In this document: positions 38,058 through 48,895 of the stretch, in pieces
Position numbering within the stretch: position 1 is the stretch's first letter
Layout of the letters: each line of letters opens with the position of its first letter
Assembly: GCA_012295275.1 (NCBI GenBank)
Contig: CM022670.1
Span: 28,520,001-28,584,000 of the forward strand
DNA from: Chrysomallon squamiferum
Taxonomy: Eukaryota; Animalia; Mollusca
Direction: 5' to 3'
DNA length: 64,000 nt
Notes under the pieces: generated by a model
Databases searched by the model: none
What the model saw: only the letters and a program-made list of their open reading frames with translations
Told to the model about the DNA's origin: nothing
Made by a program: the position numbers and the translations under genes

Positions 38058-41000
38058 CTGAAAACAACCCGTTAGTAATAATTAGTGACGAAAACTAGAA
38101 ACATGCTGAATGTCATTTTTGTATAACGATATTTCAAGACAACTTATTACGATTTTAATCATATTTTATGACGATGTTTGACAAATATTAAAATATAGCT
38201 TGCTCTTTCTGATGGTAAATTATATCCTTATAACCTCTGTATTATATATAGCTTTAGATCTACTAAATAAAAAAGTAAGTAAAAAAAAAAAAAATTCTTA
38301 AAATCTACTGAATTTTTTTATAACTAAAATTAATTTTATAATCATCTAACGTTTAAATACCTTCTTGAAATCCTTCGGCTTTATGAGAACTTTCCCGAAA
38401 AATTCACCCACACAAACTACAGCGGCGATGACAATACCTCCAACAAGAATAAAGAAGACGCCGGCGACGTTTTCTATCTGTAGTTCTGAGGTTTCATCAG
38501 TTGATGGTTTGCCAAGATCGGGACAGTTGCGACTCCCCCACCACCTAAAAAAAAAAAAAAACAACTAAAAAAGTTTATTTATCTACCCCCATTTCAGCTT
38601 AATACATTATTTCCAGTAAGTGGTTATTACATGTCCAACATTTGTTTGTTTAATGACCCATCCGTGAACATACCAAGTATTTTTCAGTCAACCATTTGTT
38701 TACGACAACTATATCATTGATTAATTTTCTGTCATTAGTAATTGTGTGTTAAACATTTGTTTAATGATATCACTGAAGTGCATTAATATTTTATTCATTA
38801 ATTAATGTTTGTCAAACGTTTGTTCAATGACAATTATCGCACACAATTATCAATACTGATTAATTTTCTATCCTGAGTATTAGATGCCCGAGATTCTGCG
38901 AGTTCGTTCACAAAGCTGCCCCTCTGTAAGACACAGAAAAAGCTAACGGAAACATTGCATGATTTCTTTCCTGTTTTTGTGGGTTTTTTCTCTCTGTAGT
39001 ATATGTTTTAGTGATAAATATGTCAAGTATTTACATACTAATAGAATATAAAAATTAGGTAAAATGTTTATTATTTAAATTATAAATAAAATATTTCTCA
39101 GCAGGATTAGAAGTGATGGAAAAGTTCTACATTTTTATTACAGAACACTTTTCTAGCACAGAAAGCGATCAAATAGAACTAATGCAAGTTATATAATTTG
39201 TAATTTTTCTATTTTTATTTTTTTATTTTTTTTATTTATTATTTTGTGTGTGTTTGTAGGTGTGCATGGGTGCGTGTTTGTTAGCAGCGATCTAAAAGTA
39301 AAACTAATGTTTATATACCTTTCCTAAATAGGGAAAAGAGCATACCATTAATAATAATTATTATTACATTCATATTACTTCTTTTTAAATAACTTATTAT
39401 ATAAGACATTAAACCATTGTTATATCTTATAGGGTTTTGTTTATTTTTAAATTTATTTATTTCTTTTCTTCACGCGCGCGTGTATTTTATTATTTAACAA
39501 GATAATTATTTATCTTTTAATAATTTACTCACTTATTTTCTAACATATGCAGAATGCCCTGATCACTCAACTTGAGGATTGCCATGGATACTTCTTCGCG
39601 ATAGGTGGCGCCAGGCGGAACTCCAATTCCAAATCCTTTTGGATCAAAGGGAGGATCGATCTCCATGACATCACAGTCAACAATAGTTTTATATTTGTTA
39701 ACTGTCGTGTCCCAGAAGAATGCGTAATCTTCTTCTTTAACCTTTCTGTACCCTTCATCTGTGCTCTTAACAACCGAGTCTGGTTCGATCTCGTTCATCT
39801 GAGCCCACATCTTGGCGAAATGCTCGACGTTGGTGTTTTTAAAGAACGACATCACACCGCTGTCTTTGACCGTCCCGTATTTAATTTTTGTCTGCTGGGC
39901 CAAGTCGCTGACAGTCTTGATTGGAGTGTTAATCTTCTTCACAGTGAGAAACGCGGCAAGATTGGCAGTGTAAGAAGATATGAGAATGAGAGCGAAGAAC
40001 CACCAGGAGCTAGTCAAAATTCGTCCCGGAATCGTGCATGGGGACGAGTCTGTATTGCCTTGAAGTAGTGATCCAAAGATAAACCAGAAGCTCTCCCGTA
40101 CTGAAATCTTCGGCGTCTTTCTCGTTTTGGAAGCTCCTACGCGTTCTAGTATGTATAAGATGATGCTTACCACAACGAAAGCGCACATTGTGCAGATCCA
40201 GACGACGGGAGATAAAGGGTTAAGGAATTCGAAATAAGAAACGTTTCTTTTGGGAACTCGCAATAAAACGCTGATGTATCTTGTCATGAAGGGCTTGGTG
40301 AAGTCCACAGCCTCTTCTCGCTGGGAGTTAATGCTGAGCGGCGCCACGGACATCGTGGCGTTCTAAAACAAATACACTGAATATAGCTCAGATTAACGCT
40401 GGGAGTTAATACTTAGCGGCGCCACGGACATCGTGGCGTTCTAAAACAAATACACAGAATATAGCTCAGATTAACAATACTTAGTAACATAGGCAGTCAC
40501 AGAATACAGCAGTCTTTGTGTCAGATTAACAATACTTAGTAACATAGGCAGTCACAGAATACAGCAGTCTTTGTGTCAGATTAACAATACTTAGTAACAT
40601 AGGCAGTCACAGAATACAGCAGTCTTTGTGTCAGATTAACAATACTTAGTAACATAGGCAGCCACAGAATACAGCAGTCTTTGTGTCAGATTAACAATAC
40701 TTAGTAACATAGGCAGTCACAGAATACAGCAGTCTTTGTGTCAGATTAACAATACTTAGTAACATAGGCAGCCACAGAATAAGTAAATAAATAAAATAAA
40801 ACAACTGATAATATTTGCTAATAACCTAATATTACTGATCATTTTTTTGTCTTCATAAAGTTCATATGAGAAACGATAAATTGTCCACAATGTTTGTTTG
40901 TACGCAAAACATTCAATTATTCGTAACATACAATTTAAACTAAATAAATGCAGGGATACGTTTATTTAAAAAAGAGAAAAAAAGAAAAAGAAATAAAGAA

Positions 41001-43524
41001 AAGAAAGTAATTGAATAAATGAATAAAATGAAATTAAATAACAGAAAACAACTTTACAGGTATTAGTAATTTTAATTAAGTTTTAATGAAAATTGAATCC
41101 ATAAAATTAATAATCCATAACCATTATAATATTTAATATATTACGGACGCGGAAGCATACCCCAGCTAGAAGTTCTCCAATCAACCCGTTCCATTCACCG
41201 TTGTCAAGACGACTGCCAAACTTGCCGTCGTGCACGAGATAAATCTCGAACTTGAAATCCAACATGTCTGCCACATGCTGCAGAAGGTCGACAGCAAATC
41301 CTTCAAATCTGTCGTTGCCGCGACGTAGATGAGCGTCTCGCTTTAGCATCGTGAACGGTTTCTCCTGAAATGACAAACAGAGAAATAATGGCTGTGGTAA
41401 CACCATCTGTATAGAGGAACACTAAAACAAACCATTCTTAATTCAAAATATCGATACCTGTATTAAAGTTTATAATAAGATCCGATAAAAATATCAAACA
41501 TTCTAAAAACTATTAAGAAATAAAAGTCTTTTTTTTTCTTCTTCCCTTTAATGACCTTTATTTATTTATTTATTTTATCGATTCGTTAATGTGCATTTAT
41601 TAATTTGTTAATTTGTTTCACTGTCGTCATACATTTATTGTAAACAACAGTTTATATTATTTCGTTATTAAATTATGCACATATTGGATATTTAGAACAA
41701 TAACAGAAATTGGAATAAAAATCTTATTAACGACAATTTGTCTGCTCCCGACAGAAATAGTGTGTGAAAACTGCGCGTTAATTGCATGACATTATTAATT
41801 TGTTTAACCTTTGACACCATACAGAGGGGGTTCTGGTAACTATAACGAATCGGCCAACTGCATTTGTAACTATGAAAATATCAAAACACGTCAAATCAAT
41901 TAAACTAACAATAAAAACAGCTGGAGTAATACACATGGTTAATGCGTTAATTGACATAAGTGAAACGTAAAGGATTCGTGCATGTCAAGGCTGGTCCAGA
42001 AACAAAATAGGAATGTGTTTCGGGGGGGGGGGAGATTGGGCAGTAAATTCCGATTTTAATAAATTTGCATTATAAATGAGCGAACGGTGAATTTCACAAA
42101 ACTGTCTGGAGATAATGTGGCCTGAAAAACAAAGCAAGAACTATGTTCAAACGTAAACAACACCAAGGCATTTATTCTTAGTGCAGTACTCTCTGCCGGA
42201 AAACTGTCATGCACAAAATAAAATAAATAATAAATAATACAGATAATAATCAGATAGCTAGATAGACAAAGACAAATAAATAAGTAATTAAATACTAAAC
42301 ACCTACCAGTATCATAACAGCCTGTGCCGTTCTGCCTCGGAGTGGGAATGGTGTAGTAAAGTTTGGTGTGTACCCTCTCGGGTACAATTTCAGGCGTGGA
42401 TTAAAGATTTCGGTGTTAAAAAACCATTCACCTCGCTGCAACAAACACAAATAATTTTTAACTGTTTATAGACGTTTTACTCTAACATGGTCATGAATAT
42501 ATCGATAAGGTAAAGCCAGATGACAGAATGAATAGATAAATGAAAAAATACTGTTGACTATAGTTCAGTTAAATGATTTTAGACGGGCTTTGATAAGCTG
42601 TTCCAGAGAATATGGTGTCTGCACTCCTTCTCTGTTTTACATTCTTACCAAGTAGCTGCCATACGTCCCAGTCACCGCTGTAAGATACAGCGAGAAATTG
42701 TGTCGTTTTCCTTCGTCATCCATCGACAGATTGCCAAGCAGTCCTATTTCCTGGTTCTACAACAGAAAACAACAAGCGTTAAATGAAGGTCTGACCAAGA
42801 TAGGATGAAGCTGTCACATTTAATTGTTGCTTTATTTCAACTTTCTATAATTTACTCTCTTTCCGCTATTACAACAGCTGCAACAACTACTGTTGCTGCT
42901 GCTGCTACTACAGCTATTACTGTTACTACTGCTATTACTATCATACTATTATTATAACCATTACTGCTACACCTATTTCCTCTATCAGGAACACTTCTAA
43001 CAACAACTAAATCTACTACAACTACTACTACAACAACTAAATCTACTACAACTACTACTACAACAACTAAATCTACTACAACAACTACTACAACAACTAC
43101 TACTACTAACTTCTGCTACTACTACTATTACTGCAGATTAATTTTGTATGAAGGTACCTTTCTAATCTCAGTCATCAGTTCATTCTTTCCTTCTGTTGTT
43201 ATTAGTAAATCTGAAGACTCAGTTTTGTTGTTACTGTGGACATTATTGGCTGCTGACGTCAACAATCTCAGTGCGTCGGCAGCGAGGGCGTACTCGAGCT
43301 TGTTGACAGAAACTGTGCTGTTGTTGATGCCGATGATCGTGGAGTTGAGATGGAACATGCTGAAGACGGTGAAGTCGAGAGCGATGTCGTTGTAGGACAG
43401 AAATAGATCGTACATGGAATCAGCCTGATGATAGACGTAACAAATAAAATATAAAATAAAATAAAATAAAATAAAATAAAATAAATAAATAAATAAATAA
43501 ATAAAAAAATAAAAAAATAAAATA

Positions 43525-43571
<47 letters not shown>

Positions 43572-45224
43572 ACACATTTGTGAAATACAAAGCAACTGAA
43601 ATAAATAATAATTTTGTTTTAAATTTTTTTCGTAAAATTAAACAGATATTAAATCTGTATAAAATATATCTAAAAGTCCTTAGCCAACAAACAGATTTAT
43701 AATTATAATAATTGAATTTTTGAATCATTAATATATAACAGTATTTATAAATAATTAAACCATATTAAAGCAAAATGTTTGACAAAACCATGGATGTTGG
43801 TTTGTTTGACGAGTGTAATGTGTATAATTATTGTTTAAGTTGTCACAGAATCGGCGTGTCAGCGGGATTGTTTCTAACACGCAACATCACACACTGGACG
43901 CGAGACTTTGTTCAGTCAGAGTCACTGATCTCGTTATACTTCATTGAAGGATAGAGAAGACTGAGCTAACTGGAAGCCATCGTTATCGTAGGATATTCTC
44001 TATTTAAAAACTGGCTCAACTTACTGTGAGTAGATAGACTGAATTTACTGAAGTCCGCAACAGAACTGGATATCAAATGTTTTAGTAACTGACACATCAT
44101 CTTCAGGAAAACGTGCTTATTTTACATATCCAGCATGTTATTAAGATGAGAAAAATTCAAAAAGAAAAGATTCTGACATCAGTTTTAGGACAGTGGAATG
44201 AATGAAATATAATTTCGCCTTGCCCCCACCGATACTTGATCCTGTGACCATTCGAGGTAATAACAGCTACTAAGGTTGACTACATTAATATTAAAGTTAG
44301 TGGATAAATAAATAAATAAAGAAGAAGAAGAAGAAAAAAGAAAGCTCACCAAATCTTTCAAAACCCATTGATAGGGCGGAGTCGAAAGCATGGCCAAACT
44401 TCGTGCCTGGAAGAGAATTAACAAATATTTATTATTGTTTTACAAACTTTTATCACAAAAAAGGAGCTATGCACTGTGTCAGGCTAATAATAAAGTATAA
44501 GAATAAAATAATATTATTAAAATACAATTCTCCATTTGTCTCGACAGCCATGATGTTATTTCAAAGTCTAAACATTAATAAACTGCGTTCTTTATTATTA
44601 TTATCGTTGTTGTTGTTATTAACACATCATTATTATCATCATTATCATTACTTACTATTAATATTACTACTACTTCTACTACAACAACTGCAACTACTGC
44701 TACACCTACTAGTGGTGTTATCGTTGTTGTTGTCGTTGTCGTTTGTTAAACTACTACTGCTTCTATTACTACTACTACTACTGCTACATCTGTTATCATT
44801 GTTGTTGTTGTCGTTGTTATAATACGGGTCTCACCTCTTCTAATATGAGCTGTGTGTTGTATCTTGTACAGAAGACGATGGTGTGTTCTACAAGAACTTT
44901 CCTCATCTGAACGAGAGACTCGCGCACTTCGCGCTGTCTGGCTGTCGCAGGCAGGCGCCAGGCGCGCACTGACATCGTGTGGTTTTGCATCAACTTTTCC
45001 AGAAGGTTAACACCTAACACACAATAAATCAAATACTTAAGTCACCTACGTAATATGTCATTTTGTTATTTAGAGTCTCTGTAGAATAATATTCACTACA
45101 ACAATTTATGGACTTTTAGGCATCGGTGGTCGATATAGGCTTGCTATCGGCTAATGTTTGGATGTGCAAGGTTGTTATACTTTTTTTAAACCAATTTTTT
45201 ACATACTTGGTATTCTTTGGGGGA

Positions 45225-45303
<79 letters not shown>

Positions 45304-46870
45304 AATGACTTACCCATATCATCATCATAAAACACACTAATTTTTTTCCAGTTGTTAACCTGTGCGAACTCGAGAATAGCCTCACAAATATCATCAACGC
45401 GAGGTATCAGCTGTACTGTGAACAGCAGATCGGAATTGGGGACAGGACTAGTACAAAGATACGGAATGTTCAAATCTTCAACAGCCAAACCCACTGCGTT
45501 GTCATATGGACCAATTATACCATGAAGTTGCAAAGGTTTCAGTTTCTTGTGAACTAAAAAAACAAAAACAAACGGATATATTACACACAAATAGCCGTTC
45601 TTTTAGTACTACGCTTACTTTCTTAATTTTCTTCGATTTAGAGTTAATATATTAAATAAATACGAAGTGATATACTAGTTATTTCCTAAGAAAAAGTAAT
45701 AGTTATTTTTATATTTTTTAGATAATTTAGAAATCATTGAGTATTTTCGACTATTATAACACTAATGCCATCACGAACAACAATGACAACGATAACAACC
45801 ACCATTACGACTACAACTACGTTACGGTCTGTCTGCCTTTCAATGTCTCTCTCTCTCTCTCTCTCTGTGTGTCTGTCTATGTATCTATTTCTCTCTCATT
45901 CTCTCTCTCGTTTTTTTTTATACATCTCTTTACATATCTCTCTCTATATATTTTTTCTATCCACTTTTATCTGTTTAGTACTATATATATGTCTGTCTTT
46001 CTCCTGTCTATCTCTGTGTTTATCTATTTGTCTATCTTCCAAGTATCTATCAATTTATCTATATATCAGTCTACCTACCTCCTACCTACTTATCTGTCCA
46101 TCCATCCATCCATGCATCCATCTATCCATGTATTCATCTTTGTATGTGCGTCTTGTAAATAGCTTTAAGCATCTTTTTATCTTTCAAACAAGATCAATAT
46201 ATAGCTTTTATTTTCACTTTTGCTAAAGAAATAACTAAATACGAATTTAATTACTAATTCCACCCATTCACTTCAGCAAACAACCACCCACAAACAAGAC
46301 GTAATATTTGTTTTCTCTTTTCCTAATATTTAGAACTGAATCGTCTTCAAAGACTTTTATAAGCTTTCGCCAAGATAAAAGAATCTATTCTTTATCGTAT
46401 TACGTTCAGATTTAGCTGCGAAAACACACATGAGGATATCATGTTTGTTTTTTCAGTTCAAATCTAACCCAAAACATTAGACAAGCTATACACAGAAATA
46501 AAATCAGTTTATTTTTGTCTGGGTAGTTATATCGACAGAAGAACATGTTGACTTCCTTCGATTTTTTCTTTATATTTAAGTGCGTAGTGTGTACGTTTGT
46601 ATTTTATCTATATATTCGTATTATGATATCTTTTATAAATTCTGAAAAAGCAAGTATTGTATACATTGATACTGTATGTCTAAATCCAATTTTATTATTA
46701 TGTACATGTAACACGATTTTAAGAAAAGATATATCGTGTTTATATAATGTCTGTTTTTCTAGGAAATATATTTAGTAAGACAATCTCGATTAGGTCTTGA
46801 TTTTTTGAAGTATCAGAAATGAAGTCTTTTGATGATAATAACGATAATAATGATGATGATGATAATGATG

Positions 46871-46902
<32 letters not shown>

Positions 46903-48895
46903 AATAATAATATTAATAAATCTAATAATAGCTGTAAAGTAATAATGAAACCAACGTAATCATTGTTACTGTTACTTGTATTACTATTAGTAATTAGAAT
47001 AACAATAATAACAACAGCAGAAGCAAAATAATAAATTCACCGACATAACCATAATAAATAACAGGTACAGCAATAACAACAGCGGCAACAACAACAACAG
47101 CAGCAGCAGCAACAATAATAGTATATTATAGATTATCTCACCATTTTCTATCTGCATGTAGGAGTTGTCGTCTCTGTCGCCGACGTCCACAACGTGGAGG
47201 CGTATTTTCTTCACCTGAGTAACTGTCATCAACGCCTTCGCCACGACGCTGTGCCACGTCGGCATCACACCTGCAACAGCGTCATTTAATGCAAATAAAT
47301 ATCACGTGACGTGGACAAGGGACGATCGAACACAAGATAGGATCTGGAAGTCGGGAGTTTTATGGGTTTTTTTCAAGCTTATTTAAACAAAAAAATTAAT
47401 ATTATTAACATCTTTTGAAACATCCCGAAAAACTCTTTGAGTCTAACACTTTGACTGTCTGAGAATATAAATAAATATCTAAGTAAATGTAATATTTGTT
47501 AAAAATGAGATGCAGTGCACTTATTTATTTATTTATTTATTTGATTGTTTTCTGGAATAAACAGCCAGTCGATCAGCAGGTTGAAATGTACAGAAAGTTC
47601 TTCCTGTGACGCTATTCACGAGTTGTCTGCTCAAAACATCGCTCTTGTTTCCGTGTTATACACATACATTTATTTACGTAAGTCAGGATTTGCCTTTAGC
47701 GAAAAAAACATTTGCAAAGGAGCCGTTTCAGTCAATCTTTCAAAAAAAAAAAAAAAAAAAAAAAATTTTTTTTTTTTACGTCACCTGTTCATGAAAAAGA
47801 AGAGTGAAAGCCAATTTTTATAATGTTTGTTTTTATGTATTTTTAGCAAAGGTTGTTCTCAAAACGCAAATAAATCGGATCTGCAGGAATATACAAAATA
47901 TATTTAGATTATATGTTCTCAGCAGTCTTTAGTATGCTTCATTTTTTTTCCCCCTTCTAATTCTGTATATACGACATCAGATACTGAATGCTTTTACATG
48001 TTCAGGTTGCCATTACGTCAGAAAATGATCACTGAATAAACATCAATAAACCGGGCTGGTTTGAATGACACAACAGATGTGCAAGGGAACTAGGTAACGA
48101 TAATAATAATAAAAAGCATCAGAACAAAAATAATATGGGATTCAGGTGTGAACGTGCAATTAGGTAACGGCAGATAGAGAAATAATTATTCGAGTTATGT
48201 CATGAGTTACATAACGAAGAAAGCAGATCGTGAGTTCTGTAATAAAATACAGTTTTCGAAGACAAGTAACGAAGACAAGTAACGAAGACAAGTAACGAAG
48301 ACAAGTTACACAAGTTATGTAACGCAACATAAATAATATCAGTTTCATAACGAAGAAAAAATAACATAAGTTATGTAACAGACAAAAACGTGAGTTATGT
48401 AATGTAGAAAAAATAAAATAAATTATGTAATAGAATCAAAATAACGTGGGTTATATAAAGAAGAAACAATAATGTGTGCTAGGCGATATTTATGTAACGA
48501 AGTAAAAATAGCATGAGTTGTATAACGTAGGAAAAAACAGTATGTTAGACAATAAACAAAACAAACCATGTGAGTTATGTAACAAAGAAAGTATGTAGGT
48601 GCTTAATGTAATTTATTAAAAATAAATTAAAGATGAATATAGTGTGTGCTTCGATGTCTGCTGGAAGATATGCATAAAAAATCGCTTGAAGCTAATCAAC
48701 GAGAGTAACCCCTGCAGTGATGAAAGAAGGTTTCCTCTTTTGTATCATTACAAACTACACATGTCTGAATATTTTGAATTAATAATTAATATTGTAAAAC
48801 TTACCGATATTCATGGCTAAATCATTGTCCCCATGAATCAGAGAAACAAAAGCTAAGAAACACGCAGAGATCCGCCATGTCACAACACTTTTCAT
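37980..48895 (-). CDS. Ionotropic glutamate receptor subunit, non-NMDA (AMPA/kainate/delta-type) backbone, delta-like; 12 exons, about 831 aa
   Basis: Exons (5' to 3') 48895-48805,47270-47142,45553-45314,45013-44835,44406-44350,43424-43158,42756-42649,42435-42307,41364-41161,40362-39533,38544-38361,38057-37980. Total 2496 nt, all GT-AG, phases consistent. Signal peptide MKSVVTWRISACFLAFVSLIHG, amino-terminal domain (ATD), S1 (EKPF...FEGFAVDLL...DGKFG...WNGLIGEL...APLSINSQREEAVDFTKPF), M1-M3 with SYTANLAAF, S2, M4 (ENVAGVFFILVGG), tail ...EKESFL*. Confidence 0.95.
38361..38544 (-). CDS. iGluR exon 11 (WW..C, M4)
   Basis: tttag / gtattt. Confidence 0.95.
38640..38890 (-). mobile_element. Tandemly reiterated SINE-tail-like fragments
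   Basis: Four units beginning tttgtttaatga/tttgtttacga, several followed by attgattaatttt...gtcaaac. Confidence 0.4.
39533..40362 (-). CDS. iGluR exon 10 (end of S1, M1-M2-M3, S2)
   Basis: tttag / gtgagt; 830 nt; corresponds to supplied ORF 39529..40353. Confidence 0.97.
40319..40474. repeat. 78-bp tandem duplication spanning the iGluR exon-10 acceptor
   Basis: 40319-40396 versus 40397-40474, 75/78 identical. Confidence 0.97.
40466..40781. repeat. 55-bp tandem repeat, about 5.7 near-identical copies
   Basis: Unit tcagattaacaatacttagtaacataggcagYcacagaatacagcagtctttgtg at 40466, 40521, 40576, 40631, 40686 and 40741. Confidence 0.98.
41161..41364 (-). CDS. iGluR exon 9 (S1 ligand-binding lobe)
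   Basis: ttcag / gtatgc; EKPFTML...WNGLIGELLAG. Confidence 0.96.
42307..42435 (-). CDS. iGluR exon 8 (ATD-S1 linker)
   Basis: tgcag / gtaggt; RGEWFFN...RTAQAVMIL. Confidence 0.88.
42649..42756 (-). CDS. iGluR exon 7 (GLLGNLSMDDEGKRHNFSL)
   Basis: tgtag / gtaaga; matches the GLTG-x-FD-xx-G-x-R motif at the end of iGluR ATDs. Confidence 0.9.
42880..43130. repeat. (CTA/CAA)-rich low-complexity tract with a 30-bp unit repeated three times
   Basis: caacaactaaatctactacaactactacta repeated from 43001. Confidence 0.9.
43158..43424 (-). CDS. iGluR exon 6 (ATD)
   Basis: atcag / gtacct. Confidence 0.88.
44350..44406 (-). CDS. iGluR exon 5 (ARSLAMLSTPPYQWVLKDL)
   Basis: tccag / gtgagc. Confidence 0.9.
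44835..45013 (-). CDS. iGluR exon 4 (ATD)
   Basis: gttag / gtgaga. Confidence 0.9.
45228..45300. repeat. (GA)n microsatellite next to the iGluR exon 3 donor
   Basis: Direct reading. Confidence 0.98.
45314..45553 (-). CDS. iGluR exon 3 (ATD; GIIGP...NIPYL...WKKISVFYDD)
   Basis: tttag / gtaagt; periplasmic-binding-protein-type ATD motifs. Confidence 0.92.
47142..47270 (-). CDS. iGluR exon 2 (ATD)
   Basis: ttgcag / gtgaga; GVMPTWHSVVAKAL...MQIEN. Confidence 0.85.
48160..48590. repeat. Degenerate 25-30 bp minisatellite (gtgagttatgtaacgaagaaaaa)
   Basis: Many gttatgtaac anchors, with an embedded perfect cgaagacaagtaa repeated three times. Confidence 0.85.
48620..48775 (+). mobile_element. Old SINE-like fragment (central domain)
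   Basis: gtctgctggaagatatgcataaaaaatcgcttgaagctaatc...aggtttcctct shares a core with 6077-6098 (ggcaaggtgcatagaaaagatc) and 29060-29082 (agtaaagatcctttactgctg). It resembles a gastropod SINE family as I recall it; family not verified. Confidence 0.5.
48805..48895 (-). CDS. iGluR coding exon 1 (signal peptide)
   Basis: Exon begins at 48933 after ttgttctag, ATG at 48895, donor gtaagt; MKSVVTWRISACFLAFVSLIHGDNDLAMNI. Confidence 0.85.

Noticed and set aside
38545-39532. Flip/flop-like alternative exon in the intron before M4
   Set aside because: No second KWW..C-type exon is visible in this intron.
39945-39975. Possible Lurcher-type constitutive gating change in M3
   Set aside because: The motif is the canonical SYTANLAAF.
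39547-40068. 173-aa plus-strand ORF antisense to the iGluR pore exon
   Set aside because: Shadow ORF of a GC-richer coding exon, with no recognisable motifs or splice context.
40466-40781. CRISPR-like appearance of the regular 55-bp array
   Set aside because: Units are head-to-tail and near-identical with no unique spacers, the array sits in a eukaryotic intron, and there are no cas genes.
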